A DNA stretch of 44,226 nucleotides, taken from Promethearchaeota archaeon (GTDB taxonomy: Archaea; Asgardarchaeota; Lokiarchaeia; Sigyniarchaeales; SOKP01). Below, piece after piece: positions 1 through 10,074 of this stretch (positions are counted from its first letter, which is position 1; each line of letters opens with the position of its first letter). Where the stretch lies: NCBI GenBank assembly GCA_048939015.1, contig JBHLPW010000045.1, forward strand, positions 1 through 44,226, read 5' to 3'. The notes under the pieces are model-generated. The model saw nothing but the letters and a program-made list of their open reading frames with translations, searched no databases and was not told where the DNA came from. The translations under genes were made by a program, and so were the position numbers.

Positions 1-541
1 CCTTGGAAGGCGAACCATTTATCTTTTTTATGAACAAACTTGCTTTATCTCTTATTGAATAAGCTCCAGCACGTCCCTTCCATTCATTAGTTTTAATATA
101 ATTTCTGATTTCTTCATCAGAAAGTTCAAGAAATTCAACAAAAGTAATGTCTGAATCTACAATTATTTTGGATGTTTTAATTTCAGTAATCGCTATTCCT
201 GTTATTAGTTTATGTGTTCTTCCCATCATTTCTTTAAGTATTTCGAAAGCCTCCATTTCATTTTGAGCTTTCCCGATAATTTTTCCATCAAGGACTACAA
301 CAGTGTCTGCTCCAACGATAATAGCATTTTCTTTTTGATTTATTAACTTTTTCTTCGCAAATAGTGCCTTTGCTTTTGCTAATTCCTTTACAAGCTCAAT
401 CTCATCTCGGATTACTAATTTGTATTTTTCTTCGTCTATCTCAGTTGTAAAAGTTTCAAATTTAATTCCTGCTCTATTAAACATTTCAGTTCGATCAATA
501 GATTTAGAAGCTAGAATGATTTTTTTCAAACTTCTTTTCAC
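1..541 (-). CDS. maf: Maf-family nucleoside triphosphate pyrophosphatase (3' end runs off the window)
   Basis: Not in the ORF track. Manual translation from GTG at 541 gives KKIILASKSIDR...AIIVGADTVVVLDGKIIGK...WKGRAGAYSI, which are the Maf motifs. Confidence 0.9.
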   Translation of the reverse strand, partial: MKRSLKKIILASKSIDRTEMFNRAGIKFETFTTEIDEEKYKLVIRDEIELVKELAKAKALFAKKKLINQKENAIIVGADTVVVLDGKIIGKAQNEMEAFEILKEMMGRTHKLITGIAITEIKTSKIIVDSDITFVEFLELSDEEIRNYIKTNEWKGRAGAYSIRDKASLFIKKINGSPSK

Positions 542-703
542 ATTCTTGGAATTTTAAAGCTAAATTTATATAAGAAATATTTTTAATAAACCATTTCAAA
601 AAGAATTCTGGAAAGTTAATAATTTAAGTGGACATGAAATCTAAATATATAATTTACTTTAATTAACAAATATATAATTATTATAAATTTCGCTAGTAAA
701 AAT

Positions 704-1807
704 ATGGATTTTGTTCTAATTTGGTTTTCATTAATTATTTTTTCATTTTTTATTATTTTATATTATTATATTCATTTCTCCTATAAGCCAGATATTTTAA
801 ATAACCTATTCGGTTTTGGTACTCTATTTTTTGTATTCATTCACATTGCTATTTTTCTAATATTGATGAATCACGATATTTTACTTCCTCCAATCATAGT
901 TCCCTTGTTCTTTTTTGCAGTAGGGATTCCAATACTTTTTGTAGGTATGTTAATGATAATTTCTTCGGTTGTTGTATCAATAAGCAAACAAAAAATAAAG
1001 AGAGATTTTTCAAAACTCAATAATAGATTGATAGAGAAACGTAAGCTTTGGAGTAAGGCTAAAAAGGATACATTCCGAAAGTTAAATCATGTTTTAATAC
1101 TCATTGGCTTATTGGTTGTGTGGTATATTGGATTATATTTAGTAATATTTTTTGCAGGATCCTCATCAGGAATGATTCCTGCTGAAAATGATATGTTACT
1201 AATTTATTTAAGAATCTTGAATGATCCAAATTCATTTAGGGATGTAATGTTTTCTTTTGGGTGGTTTTATTATCTTCTGTTTTTCTTTTTTTATATTCTA
1301 AGTTTATTTATGCTTGCTAATGAGTTTGCACGTAAATCTCGCTTTTTATCATTCCCTTTTACAATTTTCCCAAAATTATATCTTTCTGATGAGGAAAGTG
1401 AAAGCTATGGTACATATCTTTATTTTGCGATTGGTCAAATGTTTGCTGCATTTGTTTGTCCTCCAATGGTATTTTTCACCATTTTAGGTATTAGTTCTAT
1501 AGCCGATTTAGTAACAAGTCAAGTGGGAATAAGATATGGAAGTAGTTATATTTTATGGAATAAAAAGAAGACCTGGGAAGGTTCCTTAGCAGGAATGATA
1601 ATTACCTTTATGATTTGTTTCTTTTTTATTGGAATATATTGGGGTGGATTTTTTTCCTTAACATTTTTAATTATAGATATTTTCACTAATAAACCTATTA
1701 AACTATCGGATAATCTCCTAATCCCCATTGGATGCAGTATAATATACGTACTCCTAAGATTTCTTTTGGAATTGGATTACTCCTCCTTTATCTTACTATG
1801 GTTTTAA
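704..1807 (+). CDS. Integral membrane CTP-dependent lipid kinase (dolichol/phytol/DGK1, cytidylyltransferase-like superfamily)
   Basis: Many TM segments; motifs FRKLNH, ADLVTSQVGIRYG, KKTWEGSLAG, SDNLLIP. Confidence 0.8.
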   Translation: MDFVLIWFSLIIFSFFIILYYYIHFSYKPDILNNLFGFGTLFFVFIHIAIFLILMNHDILLPPIIVPLFFFAVGIPILFVGMLMIISSVVVSISKQKIKRDFSKLNNRLIEKRKLWSKAKKDTFRKLNHVLILIGLLVVWYIGLYLVIFFAGSSSGMIPAENDMLLIYLRILNDPNSFRDVMFSFGWFYYLLFFFFYILSLFMLANEFARKSRFLSFPFTIFPKLYLSDEESESYGTYLYFAIGQMFAAFVCPPMVFFTILGISSIADLVTSQVGIRYGSSYILWNKKKTWEGSLAGMIITFMICFFFIGIYWGGFFSLTFLIIDIFTNKPIKLSDNLLIPIGCSIIYVLLRFLLELDYSSFILLWF

Positions 1808-1877
1808 TTAAGAGAGGAATAAAGTTTAACTGATGCTATAAAACTTTTTAAATTATTCACATTTAAAGGTTAATAAT

Positions 1878-2908
1878 ATGTATTTCTTACCTACAAGCCT
1901 AATATTCATTGGATACTTTATTTTAACATTAGGCTATACTTTAAAGAATAGGAAAGTGAAAATTGAAAATAAACTATTATCAAATGAAATATTAATTACT
2001 CTATTATTTTTAATGACTGGAATTTCTTTCCCATTTATGTATCGTTTCCATTCACCTAATCTGAGTCAACCTTCATTAAATTTCTTATGGTTGTTCACAT
2101 CTTTCTTCTTTTTATTTGAGATGGGAGTTTGGATTATTACATTAGTCTATAATTCTATAATTTCAAAAAGAGATCCTAAAATCATGGCAGAAAGAGATTA
2201 TAGTAAATTCTGCGATGAATTTAATAAAAATTGGAAAGACGATTTAAAAAGCGAAATGGGGAGGAAACTTCTGCATTTGTTCACATCTTTTGTAATTTTT
2301 TTTTTTGGACAATAGGGACAATTCTTAATGAATTAGGTGTTTTAACTCAGTGGGGATTAGATAATTATAGTTTTTCTTATTGGTTAATAGTTACTGTAGG
2401 GTTAGGTTTTGTGATAATGTTTCAGGTTGCTGATTTAGCAAGATTAAATCGCTTTTATTTGCTTCCAAAATGGGCAATAAAGTGGTATCAAGATATGAAA
2501 CAAGGAGAATTACATACATTCATCGCCTCTACACCACTAGTCTTATCTTTTGTTCCGTTCCTTTTTGCACCCTTTCCAATTTTCGCATCAGTATCTTTAA
2601 TAACTACAGGAGCAGATGCTGTAGCTTGTATTGTAGGGAAAAAATATGGAAAGCACAATCTTAAAACAAATACTAAAAAAACAGTTGAAGGATTAATAGC
2701 TGGTGGATTTACAACTTTTATAATAGTTTTTTTGATATCTATTTTTTATAATCCTTGGATGTCGGTGAGTATTCAAAAAATTATTCTAATGAGTTTAGTA
2801 GCAACAATTCTATTTTTATTAGTAGATGCATTTGCCAAGAACATTTCAGATAATATATTGAATCCGATATTAACAGGACTAGGTATGTGGCTGATATATC
2901 TGCTTTAA
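1878..2908 (+). pseudogene. Second dolichol/phytol kinase-like paralog, split by a frameshift at a T11 tract (2296-2306)
   Basis: The 5' ORF ends ...GRKLLHLFTSFVIFFF. The 3' ORF continues FFFWTIG...GADAVACIVGKKYG...KKTVEGLIAG...SDNILNP. One extra T joins them. Confidence 0.8.
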
Positions 2909-2950
2909 AATATTTTTAGTTAAGAAGTTTTAAAGTATAATTATGAAAAA

Positions 2951-3241
2951 TTATCCTCCAAAATAAACATAAATAAAAACTATCTCGTCTCCATCTTTAA
3001 TTATAGTTTTTAAAAAATTATCATCTCTATAACTTCTTCCATTAATAATAATAGATAATAATTTGTTGAAATTTCCCTTTTCTCCATTCTGCCAAATTAG
3101 CTCAATAAATTTATTTCCATATTTCTTCCCAAAAAATTCTATTAATTCATCTAACGTCATTTCTTTATCGAATTCAAGAGATTCGAACAGATTTTTAGTT
3201 ACTTCATTAAATGGCGGAGAAAATTCGAGATTTACTTTCAT
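2951..3241 (-). CDS. MoaD/ThiS/SAMP ubiquitin-like (beta-grasp) protein
   Basis: 96 aa; IIING, IKDGDEIVF and a C-terminal GG. Confidence 0.88.
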   Translation of the reverse strand: MKVNLEFSPPFNEVTKNLFESLEFDKEMTLDELIEFFGKKYGNKFIELIWQNGEKGNFNKLLSIIINGRSYRDDNFLKTIIKDGDEIVFIYVYFGG

Positions 3242-3360
3242 ATTTAAATGGAGACTCTTTAATTTATATTTTCTAAAAATTTAATATGATCTAATAATTA
3301 AAAATGTAATTATAATAAAAAATAAAAGGAGAGTTAAGATTTTAAATTTTCAAGTTAAAG

Positions 3361-3558
3361 TTAATCATCTTCCTTTGCTTCTTTAATTCCCTTTTTAATT
3401 CCTTTTTTTAAACTTCCAGATTTTACAGCTTTCTTAGTTCCTTTACCTGCTGCTTCTGAACCTGTAACTCCTTCCACAAGTTTACCTAAACCTTTTGCGA
3501 AACCTTTCTTTATGCTCTTTCCAAGTTTACTTTTTTTCTTTTTTTCATCGTCTCCCAT
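3361..3558 (-). CDS. Small Lys/Gly-rich basic protein of unknown function
   Basis: ATG start with an SD-like AGGTTGA upstream; coding-like composition; T-rich tract downstream. Confidence 0.65.
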   Translation of the reverse strand: MGDDEKKKKSKLGKSIKKGFAKGLGKLVEGVTGSEAAGKGTKKAVKSGSLKKGIKKGIKEAKEDD

Positions 3559-3836
3559 TCTATATCAACCTAAAGTATGTTCATAAGTTTATAATTGTAG
3601 GTTATATTCTTTAAAATTTATTCGGGTAAATTAATCGTTTATTTTTATATTAAAATAATGAAAACTCGGGTATTATAAATGTTATGAAAAAGTATAATAG
3701 TCCTATTCATCAAAAATAAAAATTAACATTAATCAATAGGACTTTATTAATTTTTTAACAATTATATTCTAATATTGTAATTATAAAATAACCTATATCA
3801 ATAAAAATTGTTAATATTTATTCGAGTTGTTCAAGT

Positions 3837-4841
3837 ATGGCTAAAGTTTTTTTCATATCAAAAAATAACGTACGTGATGCTTGGCTTTCAGCTGTAGGGA
3901 AAGTGTTATTCAATGGAGATAATATAAAAACGGAATATGACAATCCTGAAGATCCACCATCTAAAGATGCAACAGTATTAATAGAAATTCTTCATCCTTT
4001 CAGTAACCCTATTATGCGAAATGATAAAATTTTGAAAATTAAATCTAAATTTGGAAATTCTTATGAGATCTATGGAAGTATGGCTGACACTTATTTAATT
4101 GGATCGATTCAAAGTGGGTATATTGAGGAGATTTTAGAAGGAATTAATGATCATTTCTTATCTGAATCCGGTTTAAGTTTTCCATATTCATATCATGATA
4201 GAATATTTAATTATACACCATTTTCTCTTGAGGATACTATTCATCGATATTATGATGTGGATTTTGTAAGTGCTAAATATGTAAGAAATCATCAGAAGTT
4301 GATAAAAGCAGAAAAGATAAAAAGTTCAGAATCAACAGATATATGGGAATTAAGAGATGGCGTAAAAATTGAATTGGACAAAAAAATTTCGGATAAATTT
4401 GGTATAGAAAAATTGCCATTGGGGATTTTAAATTTGCCAAGAATTAATCAAATTGAGTATATAATTCAGAAATTGAAAGAACGACCATATAGTCGTCGAG
4501 CACAAGCAATAACATGGAGACCTTTAATTGATCCTTTCCATGTAGATCCTCCCTGTTTACAACGTATTTTTATGCGTATAAAAGAAGGAAAATTATTAAT
4601 GCAAACAACTTGGAGAAGTAGAGACTTATTTCGGGCATGGGAAGCTAATGTAAATGGGATGATAAGGATTCAAAAAGCAGTTGCTGATCAGTTAGGTGTG
4701 GAAATGGGTCATTATTTAGATTTTAGCAATTCACTACATATATATGGAAATACGATTATTGAAGTAAAAGATATGTTAGAACGCATGAAAAACAAAGGAA
4801 CATTACCTCAAGAGATTATTAAAAAGATGGAAGGAATTTGA
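3837..4841 (+). CDS. thyA: Thymidylate synthase, archaeal type, with an internal insertion
   Basis: YSYHDR, SRRAQAITW, DPPCLQ (catalytic Cys), WRSRD, AWEAN, SNSLHIY. Confidence 0.88.
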   Translation: MAKVFFISKNNVRDAWLSAVGKVLFNGDNIKTEYDNPEDPPSKDATVLIEILHPFSNPIMRNDKILKIKSKFGNSYEIYGSMADTYLIGSIQSGYIEEILEGINDHFLSESGLSFPYSYHDRIFNYTPFSLEDTIHRYYDVDFVSAKYVRNHQKLIKAEKIKSSESTDIWELRDGVKIELDKKISDKFGIEKLPLGILNLPRINQIEYIIQKLKERPYSRRAQAITWRPLIDPFHVDPPCLQRIFMRIKEGKLLMQTTWRSRDLFRAWEANVNGMIRIQKAVADQLGVEMGHYLDFSNSLHIYGNTIIEVKDMLERMKNKGTLPQEIIKKMEGI

Positions 4842-4873
4842 TAATCATAAAACACGTTGTTTAAAATATAGAT

Positions 4874-5488
4874 TTAATTTATGCGTAAATAATTCAAAGA
4901 AAAAATAACTAAGTTTGAAAGAAAATCAATAATTTTTTCATCAGTATCAAATAATTCCATTATAGTTAAATGATGATATAAAATCGCATTGATAAGATTA
5001 TAGATAAAGATAAAAATTTCAACCAATTTATTCTCAGGTATTTGCTTAAAGCTTTCATTTATTATTCTCAATTGTTGTGCCATATCTTTGAAAAAATTAA
5101 AAACTTCCTCTTTCTGTGACTTAAGCAGATTTTTATCAGATTGTATAGCAGATCTAAAAGCGATTATGTATCCTTTGTTTTCAAGGTGATTCTTATATAG
5201 TTCCAAAATAAAATGATTAAGAAATTCTTTAATGTTTTCATTGTTGATGTTTATTAAATTAATTCTTTTGAAAAATTGTTTCATTGACTCTTCAAAATAT
5301 TTTCTTATTATATCTTCTTTCCCTTTAGGAAAATATTTATATATAGTACCTATACTAATCTTGGCTGATTTTGCTACATGATTTGTGCTGGTTTTGTGAT
5401 ATCCGTCTTTTAAAATTAGTCTGAAAAATGTTTTATAAATCAAATTTATTTTTTCTTGTTTATTTCGTGAAAATTTTTTATGTGACAT
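4874..5488 (-). CDS. TetR/AcrR family transcriptional regulator (start moved to ATG 5488)
   Basis: HTH motif GYHKTSTNHVAKSAKISIGTIYKYFPKGKEDI. The longer track start runs through the operator palindromes. Confidence 0.9.
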   Translation of the reverse strand: MSHKKFSRNKQEKINLIYKTFFRLILKDGYHKTSTNHVAKSAKISIGTIYKYFPKGKEDIIRKYFEESMKQFFKRINLININNENIKEFLNHFILELYKNHLENKGYIIAFRSAIQSDKNLLKSQKEEVFNFFKDMAQQLRIINESFKQIPENKLVEIFIFIYNLINAILYHHLTIMELFDTDEKIIDFLSNLVIFSLNYLRIN

Positions 5489-5502
5489 TATAAAGACAAT
5501 AA

Positions 5503-5549
5503 ATGAGTAATTGCTCATAAAGTTTATAAGTGAGTAAATACTCACTTAT
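5503..5549. promoter_or_regulatory. Two TetR-type operator palindromes in the divergent promoter region
   Basis: ATGAGTAATTGCTCAT (5503-5518) and the perfect inverted repeat ATAAGTGAGTA-AA-TACTCACTTAT (5526-5549) share TGAGTA-NN-T(A/G)CTCA. Confidence 0.8.
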
Positions 5550-5578
5550 TATAATATAATTATAACAAATATTTAAAC

Positions 5579-6475
5579 ATGACTCAAGAAATTGTTATCG
5601 AATTTGACAAATCCAATGATCAAAACGATCTTTCTAAGGTAGAAAGTATTATTTCTCCAATATTTTCTGGAAAAGATAAAAAAAAAAAGCAGTTTCGCGA
5701 AAAAATAAAGATTTTATTATTGGATGCTATGAAAAATACGGGAACTAATTCTTTTAAAAGAAATGCTTTTTGGTTTTTTGTAAATAAAACAATTACTAGT
5801 GGCTTAAAAAAGGGAGAGCCATTAATAAAAGTTGAAGGGAGTTTACGAAATTTTATTAGAAAACGCGTGGATAGAGAAAAAGATATTAAGTCTCAAGAAT
5901 TCAAATTTGCCAAAAAGAGGTTTGAAAATATTAAAAACTACATTGTGGGAAATAAAATACTTGATCTGGGTGCGGGAAATGGTCTTTTAGCATTAGAAAT
6001 TAAGAAAGGACTTGAAAAAGAGGTTTTATTAGTTGATGTAGTAGATTATAACTATACAGATCTTCCAATAATAATATATAATCCCAAAGATGCCCTACCT
6101 ATAGCTAATGAGGAAGTAGATACTACTATTCTATACAATGTTTTACATCATGCAAATAATCCTGAATATCTATTACAAGAAGCAACAAGAGTTACTAAAA
6201 GACGTTTAGTAATTAAAGAAAGCTACATTGAGGAAGAGAATATCATGATAACTAATAGTTTTGTTGATTGGTTTTATAATCGAGTAATTGGTGATGAAGA
6301 TATAAATGTACCACTTAATTTTCTTAAAATTAAAGCATGGAAAAGTCTTCTCAAATCATATGGTTATACTGTAATTGAAACCAAATATGTTGGTATAGAT
6401 GAACCAGCAGTCCCGGAACATCATGTATTTATTATTGCTGAAAGATCTAATTTTGTGTATTCTAATTATCATTAA
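5579..6475 (+). CDS. Class I SAM-dependent methyltransferase
   Basis: ILDLGAGNG motif I; YNVLHHA; LQEATRV. Confidence 0.88.
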   Translation: MTQEIVIEFDKSNDQNDLSKVESIISPIFSGKDKKKKQFREKIKILLLDAMKNTGTNSFKRNAFWFFVNKTITSGLKKGEPLIKVEGSLRNFIRKRVDREKDIKSQEFKFAKKRFENIKNYIVGNKILDLGAGNGLLALEIKKGLEKEVLLVDVVDYNYTDLPIIIYNPKDALPIANEEVDTTILYNVLHHANNPEYLLQEATRVTKRRLVIKESYIEEENIMITNSFVDWFYNRVIGDEDINVPLNFLKIKAWKSLLKSYGYTVIETKYVGIDEPAVPEHHVFIIAERSNFVYSNYH

Positions 6476-6814
6476 GTTGAATTCGAGAATGCTTTTGAAT
6501 TTATAAAGAAATTTTTGTAAAAATTTCTTGGGAATTCTTCTCAATTTGTAGTACTAATTCTTTTGATTTAATACTCTTTAGCTTAGAGATTTTATTTAGT
6601 TAGGGGCAGAAATTGGTCATTATTTAGATTTCAATAACATTTTTCACATATATGGCAATTTTATCTCTGAAATAAAAGAGGTGTTAAATCGGATGAAAAA
6701 TGAAGAAGAATTCACAGAAGAAATAATTAAATTAATGCAAAAAGATTATATTATATCAAGAAAAATTTTTCCTATAATTAAATTAATCTATTTATAAAAA
6801 TCTGTGAGATAGAT

Positions 6815-7666
6815 ATGAATTTTCCTTTAAAGATCAATTTAAAGGATAAAGTAGCTATAATAACGGGAGGTGCCGGAGTTCTATGTGGATATTTTGCGGA
6901 AGCTCTAGCAGAATGTGGAGCTAAAGTAGCAATAATTGATATTAATAAAGACGCGGCAGAGAAAATTGTTAAAAAAATTCTTAAAAATGGTGGTACTGCT
7001 ATAGCTGTAAAAGCGGACGTATTAAATAAAGAAAGTTTACAGCAAGCAGAAAACATTATTTCAGAAAATTTCGATTCATGGAGTATATTAATAAATGGAG
7101 CTGGGGGAAATCACCCAAAAGTTACAACATCAAAAGAATTCTTAACCAAAGAGGATTTATTAGATAAAAAAATCTATACGTTTTTTGATTTAGAAAAAGT
7201 AGGTATTGAATTTACCTTTAATTTGAATTTTATTGGAACCTTTTTATCAACTCAAGTATTTGCAGAAAAAATGATAAATGAAGAGGATGCAATAATCATA
7301 AATATATCATCAATGAACGCAATTCGTCCATTAACCAAAATCCCTGCCTATAGTGCCGCAAAAGCTGCAGTAAGCAATTTTACTCAATGGTTAGCTGTAC
7401 ATATGTCTAAAGTTAATATCAGAGTTAATGCTATTGCACCAGGCTTTTTTTTAACTGAACAAAATCGTTCCCTATTAATTAATAAAGATGGTTCATTAAA
7501 CTCTCGAGCTCAAAAAATTCTTAGTCATACTCCACTAGAACGTTTTGGAAAACCGGAGGATTTGCTAGGTACGCTTTTATGGTTAATTGATCATAGAGCG
7601 TCTGGCTTTGTTAATGGTGTTGTAATTCCTGTTGATGGGGGATTTTCAGCATATTCAGGAATCTAA
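6815..7666 (+). CDS. uxuB: SDR-family D-mannonate oxidoreductase (fructuronate reductase)
   Basis: TGGAGVL, LINGAGGNHP, RPLTKIPAYSAAKAAVSNFTQWLAVH, PVDGGFSAYSG; directly upstream of uxuA. Confidence 0.85.
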   Translation: MNFPLKINLKDKVAIITGGAGVLCGYFAEALAECGAKVAIIDINKDAAEKIVKKILKNGGTAIAVKADVLNKESLQQAENIISENFDSWSILINGAGGNHPKVTTSKEFLTKEDLLDKKIYTFFDLEKVGIEFTFNLNFIGTFLSTQVFAEKMINEEDAIIINISSMNAIRPLTKIPAYSAAKAAVSNFTQWLAVHMSKVNIRVNAIAPGFFLTEQNRSLLINKDGSLNSRAQKILSHTPLERFGKPEDLLGTLLWLIDHRASGFVNGVVIPVDGGFSAYSGI

Positions 7667-7692
7667 AATTTAATTTTTATAGGTGAATCAAA

Positions 7693-8745
7693 ATGGAAAT
7701 GACTTTCCGTTGGTATGGCGATAATGATCCCATATCTCTAAAGTATATTAAACAGATTCCAAGGGTAAAAGGAATAGTTAGCGCATTATATGATGTACCA
7801 GTCGGGGATATTTGGCCAATCAAAAAAATTCAGGCTCTTAAAAATAAGATTGAATCGGTAGGTTTAAATTTTACAGTAATAGAAAGTATTGCTGTCCATG
7901 AAGATATCAAACTTGGACTTCCAACTCGAGATAAATATATTGATAACTATTGTCAAAGTATTCGAAATATGGGCTCTCTTGGAATAAGAATTTTGTGCTA
8001 TAACTTTATGCCTGTGTTTGATTGGACTCGTACCGAACTTGATTTTGAGATTTCTGATGGATCAAATGTTTTAAGTTATGATCATGAACAACTAAAAAAT
8101 ATAGATCTTAGAGAAGAATCATTAGAACTACCCGGGTGGGCAACTCATTATAATAAGAAAGAATTAGACACGTTATTAAAGAAGTATTCTAATTTTGACG
8201 ATGAAAAATTATGGGAAAATCTAGAGTACTTTTTGAAGAAAGTGATTCCCGTAGCCGAAGAATATAAAGTAAAAATGGGTATTCATCCTGATGATCCCCC
8301 ATGGTCTATACTAAATTTACCTCGGATAATTACTGATGAAATAGCTTTAGAGCGGTTTATAAATATAGTTGATAGCCCATCAAATGGGATAACTTTTTGC
8401 ACTGGTACTCTTGGGGCAAATAAAAAAATAGATTTGATAAAAAGTATCAGAAAATTTGGTGCTATGGAAAGAATTCCGTTTGCTCATTGCCGAAATATTA
8501 AGCACACTGGTGAATATAGTTTTCATGAAGTTGAACACCCTACTGAGTTTGGTGATATAGATATGTATGAAGTAATCAAAGCTCTTGTAGAAGTAGAATT
8601 TAAAGGGGCAATCCGTCCTGATCATGGAAGAATGATATGGGGGGAGAAAGGCCGTCCTGGATACGGGCTGTATGATCGAGCTCTTGGTTCAATTTATTTA
8701 TCTGGTCTTTGGGAAGGAATAGAAAAGACTCTTAAAGGTAAATAA
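7693..8745 (+). CDS. uxuA: Mannonate dehydratase
   Basis: MEMTFRWYG, CYNFMPVFDWTRT, IHPDDPPW, RPDHGR, PGYGLYDRALG; SD AGGTGA. Confidence 0.97.
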   Translation: MEMTFRWYGDNDPISLKYIKQIPRVKGIVSALYDVPVGDIWPIKKIQALKNKIESVGLNFTVIESIAVHEDIKLGLPTRDKYIDNYCQSIRNMGSLGIRILCYNFMPVFDWTRTELDFEISDGSNVLSYDHEQLKNIDLREESLELPGWATHYNKKELDTLLKKYSNFDDEKLWENLEYFLKKVIPVAEEYKVKMGIHPDDPPWSILNLPRIITDEIALERFINIVDSPSNGITFCTGTLGANKKIDLIKSIRKFGAMERIPFAHCRNIKHTGEYSFHEVEHPTEFGDIDMYEVIKALVEVEFKGAIRPDHGRMIWGEKGRPGYGLYDRALGSIYLSGLWEGIEKTLKGK

Positions 8746-8752
8746 TGATAAT

Positions 8753-9508
8753 TCAAAATATACTAGGAAAAATTTTCTTTGTATTTTCTTCTATTTGAAG
8801 TTCTAATTCGTTAGAATCAAGTTTTTTAAGTTGAGAAATAATCTTTAATACATTTCTAATCATAGAGGGAGCACCAGTTTTCCCCGAATATTTAACTGGT
8901 CCATCACTTTCAAGTAAAAGATGCTCCTTTTCAACTTTTATAGCTGTTTTTTTAACTGCTGGAGAATATTCTATCGCGGGGGTTATTGAAAAATAGTAGC
9001 CTCTATCAATCCCTACATCTAAGAGTTTTTCTGGACCAGAATACCAATGAATGTTAATATTTGGAATTTTATATGAAGGAAGTAAATCAAATATTAGTTT
9101 TTCTGCTCCTTTAGTGTGTAGATTAATTGGTAACTCTAATTCTTGTGCTAATGAAAGCATTTGTTCAAAAATCTTCTTTTGAAGTGGATATAACTCTTTT
9201 TCTTTAATAAAATGATGATCCAAACCGATCTCTCCTATAGCACAGATTTTATCTCTATTTTCCTTAATTAGAGTAATTACCGTTTCTATTTGACCTTCAA
9301 TCTTCTCGTTCATTTTTACTTCTTCGGGATGGATACCTAATGCAGGATATATATTATCAAAACTATTGGAAATTTCTAAGATCCTTTTTAAACTATTATG
9401 ACTCATTCCAACAGAGATTATTTTTTGTACGCCAACATTTTCCGCTTCTTTTATGATTTCATCAAGAACCAAATAGAGATTAGTATGACAATGTACATCT
9501 ATCAACAT
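8753..9508 (-). CDS. tatD: TatD family DNase
   Basis: IDVHCH, LGIHP, AIGEIGLD, LLLESDGP. Confidence 0.93.
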   Translation of the reverse strand: MLIDVHCHTNLYLVLDEIIKEAENVGVQKIISVGMSHNSLKRILEISNSFDNIYPALGIHPEEVKMNEKIEGQIETVITLIKENRDKICAIGEIGLDHHFIKEKELYPLQKKIFEQMLSLAQELELPINLHTKGAEKLIFDLLPSYKIPNINIHWYSGPEKLLDVGIDRGYYFSITPAIEYSPAVKKTAIKVEKEHLLLESDGPVKYSGKTGAPSMIRNVLKIISQLKKLDSNELELQIEENTKKIFPSIF

Positions 9509-9543
9509 TATAAAACACTTTTAATATATAAAAATCAAAAATC

Positions 9544-9882
9544 TTACATATTATTTACTTGCTCTCTTAGTAGAGCAATTTTTTTTACTAATTCAAATTT
9601 TCTTCTCCTGTTATAATCAGAAGAATCTAATAGATCTTGTAGAGATTCTAATTCTTTAAGTAAATAATTCTTAAGATCTTTTTTCGTGAAATGACCTATA
9701 TGCTTTGGAAGAGGTTCAATTTTCTCAGCTCTTTTAGATCTTAGATCTATAATTGCCTTCGCCATTTGTGCTTGGAATCCTTTAGCTTGGGTTGGATCAA
9801 TATTCTCTAAAGTATCAAATGAATCTTTCAATCCATTAATAAATGCTTCTAAGTCTTCAATTTCGATTTTATCTTGTCCCAT
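9544..9882 (-). CDS. Hypothetical helical protein
   Basis: 112 aa ORF with ATG start, co-oriented with tatD; no motif recognised. Confidence 0.7.
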   Translation of the reverse strand: MGQDKIEIEDLEAFINGLKDSFDTLENIDPTQAKGFQAQMAKAIIDLRSKRAEKIEPLPKHIGHFTKKDLKNYLLKELESLQDLLDSSDYNRRRKFELVKKIALLREQVNNM

Positions 9883-10019
9883 TTAAAATCTCAGAATATC
9901 AATTATTATAGAAATATAAGTTCTAGAAAGAAATTAAATATTTATTATTGATTATTTCTCTTTAAATCGTGTTTACTCTTGTAGTACCAATATTATTGAT
10001 ATAAGAAAAAAAGACATTT

Positions 10020-10035
10020 AAAAAAAAAAAAAAAA
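10020..10035 (-). terminator. Oligo-T (T16) archaeal terminator of MCP1
   Basis: A-run on the + strand about 40 nt past the MCP1 stop. Confidence 0.6.
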
Positions 10036-10074
10036 GTGAGAAATATATATTTAATTTTCTTCGGAAGTCTCGTT

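Noticed and set aside
4216-4440. ThyA insertion as a mini-intein
   Set aside because: No N-terminal Cys/Ser block and no terminal His-Asn followed by Cys/Ser/Thr.
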